A DNA stretch of 64,000 nt. Origin: an uncultured Alphaproteobacteria bacterium. Lineage in GTDB: Bacteria; Pseudomonadota; Alphaproteobacteria; RF32; CAG-239. Positions 20,127-29,089 of this stretch are shown here, in pieces (position 1 is the first letter of the stretch; each line of letters begins with the position of its first letter). The stretch covers positions 5,473 to 69,472 of the forward strand of contig CAKQUG010000006.1 in assembly GCA_934277545.1 (NCBI GenBank), given 5' to 3'. The notes under the pieces were generated by a model. It did not search any database, had not been told where the DNA came from, and saw only the letters and a list, made by a program, of their open reading frames with translations. The translations under genes were made by a program, and so were the position numbers.

Positions 20127-22169
20127 TTATTTTCTTTTCGGTTTGCGAGAAATTTGCCGAACCAGCCGCAATGATTTAGCTTCTGCGGCACGTTCTGCCT
20201 GTTTCTTTTTAAGAGAACGGGCGGGCGGATATACCGGTTTTTGCGTGCTTTTTACAACCGTTTCCGTATTTTCAGCCGGTATTTCAATTTTTTCGACAGC
20301 CTTTTCCTCCGTTTTTTCCGCAGCAGCTTCTTCTACCGATTCGTCAGTTGTTTTTTCCATAGCTGTTTCCGCTTTTTCTTCTGCGGCTTTATTTATAATC
20401 TGTCCGGCAAAAATATCTTCTTTCTGCGGAATCGAAACTCCGTTATTATTGGCTATAACTTCAACCGGCTTAACATCATCATTGCCGTTTTCAACTTCTG
20501 TTTCCGACTTCATTTCCGCACTTTCAGCCGGCTTTGACTGCACGACAGCCTCTTTCTTTATTTCCGACGGTTTATTTTCGCTTGCTTGCACCGTGCCAGT
20601 CTTTTGAGTTTTCTGCAATTCGGCATTTTGCTCGGCAGCCTCATTTTTAGCTTCAATAGCTTCTTTTTTCTTTTCGGTAGCGGCTAATTCCGTGTTTTTG
20701 ATATTATCAACCTTTTTAACGATTCGTTTAAATTCAGCCAGCTGAGTTCCTGTCAAATCGTTACCGGTGGCAACTTTAGCTTTAAGCGGGTCGATTCGCT
20801 GTCCTTTACGCAAAATTTCAAAGTGCAGGTGCGGACCGGTAGAACGGCCGGTACTGCCCACATATCCGATAATTTGTCCTTTTTTCACACGCACTCCAGG
20901 TCTCATACCGCTGGCAAATTTGTGCATGTGCCCATACGCCGTTTCATATTCCGAATTATGGCGAATTTTGATAAAATTACCATAACCGTTTACATACCGA
21001 GCCATTTCAATGGTTCCAGCACCGCTGGCATAAATAGCTGTACCGCGCGGAGCAGCATAATCAACGCCGCTGTGGAATTTTTTAGTCTTATAAATAGGAT
21101 GGCGGCGATAGCCAAACAATGAAGAAATACGAGCATTGCGCATAGCCAAAGGCTTTTTATCCAAACCCGACTTTTTGGCACCGCCTTTTTCATCATAATA
21201 ATCAGCCGCTCCGCCGCGCGGTTTATAACGATATAACTTATATGTTTTGCCGGCAACCGTAAATGAAGCATAAATTACATCACCGACACTGACAACATCA
21301 CCGTTTGAGGTTTTATTAACTTCATATTTTACATTAAAAGTATCGCCTTTTTTAACATCGCGCCTAAAATCAATCAAATGCGCAAACATCTGCGTAATTC
21401 TGCCGCAAAGTTTATATGGAACACCGGACTTATTAAGCGAAGCGCTGACATTACCGGAAACCGCGCCTTTTATATCTTTAATCTCATAGACAAACTCTTC
21501 TTGTTCGACTCTGGCCTCAAATTGATCATATTCGTTAATTTGTAAAATATAGCGCGTGCCGCGAACCGGCTCAATAACCAAAGTATCAAGTGCTTCCAAA
21601 GATTTTGACTGCACATCAAAAGTTGCCGTCAATTCAATATGCTGACCGGCTTTCAAGTTGCGCGCGTCATAAACTTTTTTCAATGTGGCATAGGCGTTTG
21701 CAGCACTTTTATTTTCCATACCTAAATTAGTCAGAATACCTATAAAGTTATCCCCCGGATTAACCACAATCACACGGCGCTCTTTTTGGTAGATTCCATC
21801 AAAACTGCCTGCTTGCTCAAACATTTTCGGTTTTGGCTGAATCGGCATAATCACGCCGTTTTTACCATTTTGACTGATTCTATATTTTTGGGTAAGAACA
21901 GTATCGTCGCTCAAAAGCCTCATATTATTTACTTGAGCATACAAAATATCAAACGGATTGTCTTTAACATCATTAAATGCCGGTATCATCACATCATTGC
22001 CAAAATCATACCCTTCATCGGCAATTTGCTGTTTAACAACCGGCTCGTTGTTTTTATTCAGCATTGAGACAAACAATGCGCAGGTTACAGCCACGGCGTA
22101 TCCTGCAAGCAGAATAGTCTCAATCCGGCGGCGGCGCACTTTTTTTCTTAAATTTGTAAACCCAGGCAT
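20127..22169 (-). CDS. M23 family peptidoglycan metalloendopeptidase with a long E/K/A-rich C-terminal extension
   Basis: HSGVDYAAPRGTAIYASGAGTI...GHM...GYVGSTGRSTGPHLHFE is the M23 core. The last ~230 aa are low complexity. Confidence 0.8.
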   Translation of the reverse strand: MPGFTNLRKKVRRRRIETILLAGYAVAVTCALFVSMLNKNNEPVVKQQIADEGYDFGNDVMIPAFNDVKDNPFDILYAQVNNMRLLSDDTVLTQKYRISQNGKNGVIMPIQPKPKMFEQAGSFDGIYQKERRVIVVNPGDNFIGILTNLGMENKSAANAYATLKKVYDARNLKAGQHIELTATFDVQSKSLEALDTLVIEPVRGTRYILQINEYDQFEARVEQEEFVYEIKDIKGAVSGNVSASLNKSGVPYKLCGRITQMFAHLIDFRRDVKKGDTFNVKYEVNKTSNGDVVSVGDVIYASFTVAGKTYKLYRYKPRGGAADYYDEKGGAKKSGLDKKPLAMRNARISSLFGYRRHPIYKTKKFHSGVDYAAPRGTAIYASGAGTIEMARYVNGYGNFIKIRHNSEYETAYGHMHKFASGMRPGVRVKKGQIIGYVGSTGRSTGPHLHFEILRKGQRIDPLKAKVATGNDLTGTQLAEFKRIVKKVDNIKNTELAATEKKKEAIEAKNEAAEQNAELQKTQKTGTVQASENKPSEIKKEAVVQSKPAESAEMKSETEVENGNDDVKPVEVIANNNGVSIPQKEDIFAGQIINKAAEEKAETAMEKTTDESVEEAAAEKTEEKAVEKIEIPAENTETVVKSTQKPVYPPARSLKKKQAERAAEAKSLRLVRQISRKPKRK

Positions 22170-22305
22170 ATCAGTTCCAATTCAATAATGCCGAAATAAT
22201 GATATATTTTAATATTCAATGCAAGTAGATAAATGTAGTTATACCAACAAAAACTGCCGTTTTTCCACAAGATAAATTTTTTTTATAAAAAAGTAAAAAA
22301 AGTTC

Positions 22306-22334
22306 TTGCAATATGAAATTTTATCTTATATAAG
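22306..22334 (+). promoter_or_regulatory. promoter for tRNA-Asp (TTGCAA-17-TATAAG)
   Basis: Hexamers at 22306-22311 and 22329-22334. The tRNA 5' end lies 14 nt downstream. Confidence 0.45.
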
Positions 22335-22347
22335 TGTTTTTGTCGTT

Positions 22348-22424
22348 GGGGGCGTAGTTCAGTTGGTTAGAATGCATGCCTGTCACGCATGAGGTCGCGA
22401 GTTCGAGCCTCGTCGCTCCCGCCA
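22348..22424 (+). tRNA. tRNA-Asp (anticodon GUC)
   Basis: Cloverleaf with anticodon stem CATGC/GCATG, loop CTGTCAC, T-loop TTCGAGC and encoded CCA. Confidence 0.9.
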
Positions 22425-22431
22425 CTAAAAA

Positions 22432-22460
22432 AGTCTTGTTGTTTTCAACAAGGCTTTTTT
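22432..22460 (+). terminator. intrinsic terminator after tRNA-Asp
   Basis: 10-bp stem AGTCTTGTTG/CAACAAGGCT with one G-U pair, TTTT loop, T6 run. Confidence 0.65.
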
Positions 22461-22624
22461 GTTTTTAATACATTTCACTATTTCATAGTTTAAACAACAA
22501 AAACTAATAAAATAATTAAAAGTAATAACCCTAGGACAACAATTTTGTTGCCGTTTTTTTCAAATTTTAAATTTCTACCGTTAATCTAAACAAATAAACT
22601 CCCTTTCGGGAGCTTTTCGTTTAT

Positions 22625-22715
22625 TGGCGGTGAGACAGGGATTTGAACCCTGGGTACCTGAAAGAGGTACAATTGATTTCGAGTCAATCGCATTCGACCA
22701 CTCTGCCATCTCACC
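22625..22715 (-). tRNA. tRNA-Ser (anticodon CGA), long variable arm
   Basis: The reverse complement reads GGTGAGATGGCAGAGTGGTCGAA...ATTGA CTCGAAA TCAAT...GGTTCAAATCC...CGCCA. The track ORF 22581-22772 is its spurious translation. Confidence 0.9.
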
Positions 22716-22983
22716 ATACTTTATATATATATGCCAAACGCGATTTGCTTTTTTGTATGACAGTTTAAGCAAAAAAGCAAGTACTTTTTAAAAATGAAAT
22801 TGAATAAATTTTACCAGCATTTAAATTCCCCTGCTTGACAAAAAACACAAAAAAGTATATATATGCAAGTATTGTTTAATTTTTAATTTTTTTATTATGA
22901 TGTATCCTAAATCATTATGTAGTGTTAATCGTACCATTCCGGTTGGACAACGCCGTGCGGTTATAACCAGAGAAGGCGGAAAA

Positions 22984-23745
22984 ATGTTTGTCAGCACAGC
23001 CATTATGCCAGGCGATTTTTTGCTTGCGGACGGCAGCTGGTCAACATCTACCGTTTTTCAGCAGGAACGTGGTATATTCATCGGCAAAGACGACAAATAT
23101 ATCGAGCTTTCCTCTATTTCCGACAATACCGTAACCCGTGAAAAAGCGTTTGAGTATTGCCGCAAAAACCGCGTAACACTCCCCAATTCGGAAGACCTGC
23201 AGTTAATTGACAAACTGGTTGCCCAAGCCATCAACAACAGCTTGATGCAAATCGGTTTAAACGATTCGGTGCTTTCCGGCAACACCACGGACGAGTTTTG
23301 GTCACAAGAAAGCATGGAAAATCAGCAGGGCATAACCAAACGCCGCATCATGCTGATTAAGCAGGCCATTCACCTGAACAAGCCCGACTTTCCGAACCTG
23401 GACGGACCTGTTAATTACAGGAAGGCGTTTTTGCCTGATGTAGTTTTAGTGCGTCAGAACTTTAACGACGCCGTTTGGATATTGCAAAACATTGCGCATA
23501 ACCAAGACTACTTCTACATTCTGGAGTGTCAGCTGCTGAACTGCCGCGACAAATATGGCTCCATTGACAACGGCAATATCCACATGGAGGGTGTCAGCAT
23601 TGTTGTTGAACACCCGTTTGGCGAGACCTATTATGAAAACGGCCGTGAATTTGTTAACACGCACAAAGACTATTATCAGCGAAGATCTGGCGGTCTCTAC
23701 CTCAAAATCGGAGAAAATCATGACCGCTGGCAGATAAAGCCTTAG
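22984..23745 (+). CDS. hypothetical protein (start uncertain; the track ORF begins at 22897)
   Basis: Open frame with a TTGACA-17-TATATA promoter at 22835-22863. TREKAFEYCRKNRVTLPNSEDLQLIDKL weakly recalls the DUF1566/Lcl-C motif. No confident family assignment. Confidence 0.4.
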   Translation: MFVSTAIMPGDFLLADGSWSTSTVFQQERGIFIGKDDKYIELSSISDNTVTREKAFEYCRKNRVTLPNSEDLQLIDKLVAQAINNSLMQIGLNDSVLSGNTTDEFWSQESMENQQGITKRRIMLIKQAIHLNKPDFPNLDGPVNYRKAFLPDVVLVRQNFNDAVWILQNIAHNQDYFYILECQLLNCRDKYGSIDNGNIHMEGVSIVVEHPFGETYYENGREFVNTHKDYYQRRSGGLYLKIGENHDRWQIKP

Positions 23746-23752
23746 ACTTACC

Positions 23753-23788
23753 AAAAACAGCTTTTCATTTGCGAAAAGCTGTTTTTTT
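23753..23788 (+). terminator. intrinsic terminator
   Basis: 14-bp stem AAAAACAGCTTTTC/GAAAAGCTGTTTTT plus T-run. Confidence 0.7.
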
Positions 23789-23845
23789 GTTATAAAACAT
23801 ATATTTTTTGCTATATATAAAATAAACAACTTATTGAGGATAATC

Positions 23846-24487
23846 ATGCTTGAACAACAACTGCCGCCGGAAATTATGAAACAAGCCGTTAAAGGAATCA
23901 GCTACATTGCACATCCTTTGCGTTTGCGAATTTTAGAGTTTTTAGATGTCAACGGTGAAGCCTCGGTTTCTCAAATTACTAAAGCCGTAAATGCCGAACA
24001 AATGATTGTGTCGCAAAGCCTAAAAAAATTCCGTGACGCCGGTCTTGTTACAACCAAACGGCACGGAATCTTTATATATTACAGTATACATGAAGAATAT
24101 CCGGCCAGCATATTTGAATGTTTGCGCAAATTATACGGCTATATGACCGACAGCATACGTTTTTTGGCTGACGGATACAAAGCCGTTTTACCTCCGGATT
24201 ATACCACTATGGCCGCAAATCGTATAAAATTGTTTGCAAATTATGATAAAATGCGAATTTTGGAATTTTTATTGCTCAACGGTGAAAGCAATGTTACACA
24301 AATTGTGCTATCTACCCAAAATGACCAACTGAAAGTTTCGCAATACTTACGCCGCCTGAAAGATGATGAGTTTGTAACTTGTCGGCGCGACGGCAGATTT
24401 ATTTACTATAACATCACTAAAGGCGTGCACAAAACCGCCTTGCAGTGCATTCACAAACGCTATGAAAAAATAGGCAGGCTTATATAA
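23846..24487 (+). CDS. transcriptional regulator with two tandem ArsR/SmtB-type winged-helix domains
   Basis: The two halves align: HPLRLRILEFLDVNGEASVSQITKAVNAEQMIVSQSLKKFRDAGLVTTKRHGIFIYYSI versus YDKMRILEFLLLNGESNVTQIVLSTQNDQLKVSQYLRRLKDDEFVTCRRDGRFIYYNI. GAGGA lies 5 nt before the ATG at 23846. Confidence 0.7.
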   Translation: MLEQQLPPEIMKQAVKGISYIAHPLRLRILEFLDVNGEASVSQITKAVNAEQMIVSQSLKKFRDAGLVTTKRHGIFIYYSIHEEYPASIFECLRKLYGYMTDSIRFLADGYKAVLPPDYTTMAANRIKLFANYDKMRILEFLLLNGESNVTQIVLSTQNDQLKVSQYLRRLKDDEFVTCRRDGRFIYYNITKGVHKTALQCIHKRYEKIGRLI

Positions 24488-24559
24488 TAAAATAAAATGT
24501 TGTACAAACAGCTTTTTTTGCTATACTGACAATAGTATTTCGGCAGAAAGGAGAATTTT

Positions 24560-25024
24560 ATGTTTTCAGAAAAATGGAATTACCGCTTTTTAGAATTGGC
24601 AACTTTAGTCGCAGGCTGGTCTAAAGACCCGTCGACTAAAACCGGCGCCGTTGTTGTGGGACCGGATAAAGAAATACGCGCCACCGGATATAACGGCTTG
24701 GTTCGCGGTGTATCAGATGACATTCCCGAAAGAATGGAACGCCCTACTAAATATGATTTTTTTGAACACGCCGAACGCAATGCCATTTATAATGCCTGTT
24801 TAACCGGAACACAACTCAAAGGCTGCACTATTTTTTGCACTTTGACACCTTGCACCGATTGTGCGCGCGCCATAATCCAAGCCGGCATAAAAGAAGTTAT
24901 AACCTATGAATATAAGCCTACGGAAAACGACCCGAAAAACACTTGGCGAGATAAACTCAATTTTTCGGCGCAAATGTTCAATGAAGCCGGTGTAACCTAT
25001 ATTGAATTACCGACCAAAAAATAA
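24560..25024 (+). CDS. deoxycytidylate (dCMP) deaminase, ComEB-type
   Basis: HAERNAI and TLTPCTDCARAIIQAGI (zinc-binding HAE / PCxxC). 154 aa. AGGAG RBS. Confidence 0.85.
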   Translation: MFSEKWNYRFLELATLVAGWSKDPSTKTGAVVVGPDKEIRATGYNGLVRGVSDDIPERMERPTKYDFFEHAERNAIYNACLTGTQLKGCTIFCTLTPCTDCARAIIQAGIKEVITYEYKPTENDPKNTWRDKLNFSAQMFNEAGVTYIELPTKK

Positions 25025-25119
25025 TTTATTTTAAGGCGTTTTTACCCCTTTAAATTTACTAAAACGTCAATATATATCTTACCGATTGAATTTTGCCCAA
25101 AGTTAAAGGAGGTTGGATA

Positions 25120-25737
25120 ATGAAAATTTTAATTGCCGACGGCTGTCCCATTTTTCGCGACGGGCTTAGTTTGCATCTTAGTCATATTTTGCCCGTTGCT
25201 AAAATTAAACAAGCGCCGGATTATGCGCAATTTATTAAAGTATTAACCGAAGAACAAAACTATGATTTACTGTTTTTAGATTTGGATATATGCGATATAT
25301 CGCCGCAAAATATTTTAAGAGAAGTTAAAAAAATTGCTCCGCTTGCTAAAATCATTACTTTGGCTAACTCAAAAAATTTTCATTTCACAAAACAAATTTT
25401 GACCGCCGGCACTAATGGAATTATCGCCAAACAAACGGAAATATCCGAACTATATACCGCCGTAAAATCAGTTTTAGCCGGAAACAACTATGTTTCAAGT
25501 TCGCTGAATGAGCATAACTTCTCTGCTGAAAACTCCGAAAAAAGTAAAACTCTGACCAATCGCCAATCTCAAGTGCTGGATTTGATAGCTCAGGGCAAAT
25601 CAAATAAACAAATAGCCTATGATATGGGAGTTTCGGAATCCACCGTAAAACTGCACATCAACGCTTTGTTACGCTCGCTTAACGTCAGCAACCGTACACA
25701 AGCCGTGGTTACCGCACAAAAAATGGGTATTATTTAG
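25120..25737 (+). CDS. NarL/FixJ (LuxR-type HTH) response regulator, orphan
   Basis: REC domain (LLFLDLD, GIIAKQ) followed by LTNRQSQVLDLIAQGKSNKQIAYDMGVSESTVKLHINALLRSL. AAGGAGG lies upstream of the ATG at 25120; the track start at 25093 is a TTG. Confidence 0.8.
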   Translation: MKILIADGCPIFRDGLSLHLSHILPVAKIKQAPDYAQFIKVLTEEQNYDLLFLDLDICDISPQNILREVKKIAPLAKIITLANSKNFHFTKQILTAGTNGIIAKQTEISELYTAVKSVLAGNNYVSSSLNEHNFSAENSEKSKTLTNRQSQVLDLIAQGKSNKQIAYDMGVSESTVKLHINALLRSLNVSNRTQAVVTAQKMGII

Positions 25738-26815
25738 AATCTTTCTTATCATCACTGTCTTTTTTAGACTTTAATTGTCCGCAAGCCGCTAAAATGTCCT
25801 GTCCTCTAGCCACCCGAACCGGAGCGGCAAAGCCGGCTTTTTCCAGTTCACGAGCAAAAGCATGCACCCGATTGTTTGAACTCGGGCTAAATAAGCACCC
25901 CGGCCACGGATTAAACGGAATTAAATTAAAACTTGCTCTGAGTTGATATTTTTTCATCAATGAGATAAGTTCACGCGCACATTCCAAACTATCGTTAACA
26001 CCGTTTAACAGCAAATATTCAAAAGTAATATACCTACTGCCGTCGCCTGCCTGATAAGCTCGGCACGCCTCCATAATATCTTCCAACGGATAGCGGTTGT
26101 TAATTGGCATAATTTGCGAACGAATTTCATTGTTCGGAGCATGCAAAGACACCGCCAAACGTACGCCTGTTTGCTGCAATGCCGGTAAAATTTTCGGAGC
26201 TATGCCTGATGTAGACATTGTTACACGGCGGCGAGAAATAGCTATACCGTCGCCGTCTGTCAAAATTTGCAGAGCTTTTATTGTATTTTCCATATTATGC
26301 AAAGGCTCACCCATACCCATAACCACAATATTGGAAAGATAACGCGTTTCATTAGTCGGACTCGGCCATTCGCCATAAGTATCGCGCGCCACCATAAATT
26401 CGCTGACAATTTCTCCGGCAGTTAAGTTACGAGTAAGTTTCTGGCTGCCGGTATGGCAGAAACGACAACCGACTGCACACCCCACCTGTGTAGAAATGCA
26501 AACAGCTCCTCTATCCTCTTCGGGAATATAGACCATTTCCACCCGCTGACCATCTTTAAATTCCAAAAGCCATTTACGGGTTTTATCAACCGAAAGCTGT
26601 TCCGCCACAATTTTCGGACGGCTTATCGTAAAGTTATCGGCAAGTTTTTGCCGCAGCTCTTTGGAAAGATTGCTCATTTTAGCAAAATCTGTTTCTCCGA
26701 AATAATAAAGCCACTGCCACAGTTGCTTGGCGCGAAAAGGTTTTTCACCGATATTTACCAAAGCAGACTGTAATTCTTCTTTACTTAAACCGATAAGCTC
26801 TGTTTTTTCTGTCAT
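25730..26815 (-). CDS. rlmN: 23S rRNA/tRNA (adenine-C2)-methyltransferase RlmN (radical SAM)
   Basis: ISTQVGCAVGCRFCHTG radical-SAM cluster, GMGEPL and the typical C-terminal CGQL. Confidence 0.9.
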   Translation of the reverse strand: MTEKTELIGLSKEELQSALVNIGEKPFRAKQLWQWLYYFGETDFAKMSNLSKELRQKLADNFTISRPKIVAEQLSVDKTRKWLLEFKDGQRVEMVYIPEEDRGAVCISTQVGCAVGCRFCHTGSQKLTRNLTAGEIVSEFMVARDTYGEWPSPTNETRYLSNIVVMGMGEPLHNMENTIKALQILTDGDGIAISRRRVTMSTSGIAPKILPALQQTGVRLAVSLHAPNNEIRSQIMPINNRYPLEDIMEACRAYQAGDGSRYITFEYLLLNGVNDSLECARELISLMKKYQLRASFNLIPFNPWPGCLFSPSSNNRVHAFARELEKAGFAAPVRVARGQDILAACGQLKSKKDSDDKKDSK

Positions 26816-26817
26816 GA

Positions 26818-27327
26818 CTATTTTTTCTTACATTTAGCGGAAATTGCCTGATAAGCGCTGGAAAAACCCTTTAAAGAATATGTATCTTTAGTAGTGGTGC
26901 CGCGACTTGATTTGCCATCTACAATCATGCGTTCGCCACGTTTCATGGCTGCAATCAAATTACGGTCTTCCTGAGAATTTACCATCCAGCCTTTAGTACC
27001 TTCGGTAAATGTATTTTTAAAAGTTTTATCTCCGATTTTAATAGTAAACGGAGCTTTAGTGTCAAAGCTGTAACCGGCGACAAAACTAACCTCATCAAAT
27101 GTCTTTTCCGACGGACGATGAGTAATAATCGCATAAATATCACCGCGCTTAGTATATTTTCCTTCGTCTTTTTTAGGTGTGGACGACATATAGCAAATTA
27201 AATTGCCGCGATCGTTATAAGTCCAAGCGGTCCAATCGCCGTATTGCCCCAATTCTTTTGGCATTTCAGCCGCATCTGCCGCTGCCGCCAATATCAAACC
27301 GCTCAAAACCAATAAATATTTTAACAT
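26818..27327 (-). CDS. invasion-associated locus B (IalB)-like periplasmic protein
   Basis: Signal peptide, GDWTAWTY...LICYMSS..., C-terminal SLKGFSSAYQAISAKC. Size and pattern fit the IalB family. Confidence 0.5.
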   Translation of the reverse strand: MLKYLLVLSGLILAAAADAAEMPKELGQYGDWTAWTYNDRGNLICYMSSTPKKDEGKYTKRGDIYAIITHRPSEKTFDEVSFVAGYSFDTKAPFTIKIGDKTFKNTFTEGTKGWMVNSQEDRNLIAAMKRGERMIVDGKSSRGTTTKDTYSLKGFSSAYQAISAKCKKK

Positions 27328-27428
27328 AGTTTTTTATCCTTTTACACTTAAATTTTGCTTGGATTATAGCAAAAAATTATATATAAACAATTAAAATTTA
27401 TAAAAAATGCAAAAGGAATTTTCAAATC

Positions 27429-28661
27429 ATGATGAAACCGAATTTTTTAGATATGTCAAAATTACTGACCTCTAAACGAATTTACCGCCTGTTTGACGCT
27501 GTGGAAGCACATGGAGGAACTCTGCGTTTTGTCGGCGGTTCGGTGCGCGACACTCTTGCCGGCAGACAAAATCATTTTGATTTGGATTTGGCCTCTGATT
27601 TATCTCCTGACGAATTAGTCGAGGCCTGTCAGGATTACGGCTTAAAAACCGTGCCAATCGGTCTGAAATTCGGCACTATCGGCGTAATTATCGATAATCA
27701 GGTACTTGAAGTTACCTCTTTGCGCAAAGATGTTAAAACCGACGGACGCCACGCCGAAGTGGAATTTACCGACGACTGGAGTGTTGACGCTTCCCGCCGC
27801 GACTTGACGATTAACGCCGTTTACGCCGACCTGTACGGCAATGTTTTTGACTATTACAACGGTATAACCGATTTGGAAAACGGTATTGTACGTTTTATCG
27901 GCAATCCCGATGAACGTATTAAAGAAGATTACCTGCGTATCATGCGTTTTTTCCGTTTTTATTCTATTTTCAGCAAAAAGCCTATAAATAAAGAAGCCTT
28001 AAAAGCCTGCGTTGCCAATAAAGACGGTTTGCGTACCATATCTATTGAACGTGTACGCGATGAGCTGTTTAAGCTGTTAGTTACTCCGAAAGCCGCTGAA
28101 ACCATGCAGATTATTTTTGACAACGACATTCTAAGCTACTTTTTACCAAATAAATTCACACATTTTGACGCCTTAAAACGTCTGACTGAATTGGTTTCCG
28201 ATATGAAATATGAAGGCAACTTTCTGCGGCGACTGTTTGTGTTATATCAACCAAACGCGTCAGAAGCCGAAAACATTGCCGGCACATTGCGCTTTTCTAA
28301 AAAACAAAAAGAAAATTTTGTAAATTGGTCAAAAATAACCTTGATGCCCGAAAATATTTCCACACCGACGCAGCGTTTACGCTTTATTTACCGCTATGGC
28401 AAAACATTTTGTTTAGATAAAATTTTACTAACCGCCGCCATTTTTGAGTTGGACAGTACCAAAATCGCCAATGTTCTGCAAGAGGTTGAAGATGCCGTCG
28501 TGCCTATTTTTCCGCTGCGAGGCCGTGATTTGATTGACCACGGCATTGCTAAAGGTGAAAAAATCGGTCAAATACTGACTTTGCTTGAACAACAGTGGAT
28601 TGACAGCAATTTTAACCTTACCCGCGACGAATTATTAGAATCGGCTAAAAGAACAATTTAA
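27429..28661 (+). CDS. cca: CCA tRNA nucleotidyltransferase / poly(A) polymerase family protein
   Basis: RFVGGSVRDTLAGR..DLDLA, RRDLTINA and ERIKEDYLRIMRFFRF. Confidence 0.8.
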   Translation: MMKPNFLDMSKLLTSKRIYRLFDAVEAHGGTLRFVGGSVRDTLAGRQNHFDLDLASDLSPDELVEACQDYGLKTVPIGLKFGTIGVIIDNQVLEVTSLRKDVKTDGRHAEVEFTDDWSVDASRRDLTINAVYADLYGNVFDYYNGITDLENGIVRFIGNPDERIKEDYLRIMRFFRFYSIFSKKPINKEALKACVANKDGLRTISIERVRDELFKLLVTPKAAETMQIIFDNDILSYFLPNKFTHFDALKRLTELVSDMKYEGNFLRRLFVLYQPNASEAENIAGTLRFSKKQKENFVNWSKITLMPENISTPTQRLRFIYRYGKTFCLDKILLTAAIFELDSTKIANVLQEVEDAVVPIFPLRGRDLIDHGIAKGEKIGQILTLLEQQWIDSNFNLTRDELLESAKRTI

Positions 28662-29079
28662 CTTTATTGCCGGTCTGCTGACAGCTTCCGCCGTTGTTTA
28701 TTTCGGCTCTTTTGGCGCCGGTGCCGCTTTGGCAAACAAAGCAAGTTGCGCCGTCCAAACCGTCAAAGGCTATATAAAATCCACCGTCATCAGCCGGTTT
28801 AATATCCCAGTTTATGCCGAAAAAACCGTTAAAATCCAGCCCGGCTTTGCTCAGTCCGGCATAACTGCCAAAATAAGTGGTCTGCACCGTAGCCACCAGA
28901 TTACCTAAATCCTGCTGAAAACGCATTCGGTTGACCGCGCGCTGTCCTTGTGATACTGCCTGATAGCCTTCATTAGACAATTCGCCGTCTATCAGCAAAG
29001 TGCCCAAAGCGTCGCTCATTTGCGCCATAGCGCTACCACTGAACAAACATAAAGCTGAAATCAATATAATTTTTTTCAT
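28645..29079 (-). CDS. secreted hypothetical protein
   Basis: AAGGAGG lies 5 nt before the ATG at 29079. Sec signal MKKIILISALCLFSGSAMA. No family recognised. Confidence 0.4.
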   Translation of the reverse strand: MKKIILISALCLFSGSAMAQMSDALGTLLIDGELSNEGYQAVSQGQRAVNRMRFQQDLGNLVATVQTTYFGSYAGLSKAGLDFNGFFGINWDIKPADDGGFYIAFDGLDGATCFVCQSGTGAKRAEINNGGSCQQTGNKVKLFF

Positions 29080-29089
29080 ACATACCTCC

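Noticed and set aside
22581-22772. 63-aa ORF in the track
   Set aside because: It is the translation of tRNA-Ser(CGA) on the same strand. Likewise, ORF 47092-47361 reads through tRNA-Arg from the opposite strand.
24560-25024. dCMP deaminase as a nucleotide-depletion anti-phage defence gene
   Set aside because: It is 154 aa with only the ComEB-type zinc deaminase core. Defensive dCTP deaminases are much larger multi-domain proteins. It has no defence-island neighbours.
28645-29079. Fifth member of the pilin-like family (C-terminal Cys pattern and ...LFF ending)
   Set aside because: It has an ordinary Sec signal peptide and no G-x-S-M-I-E block. The C-terminal resemblance is too weak to claim without a profile comparison.
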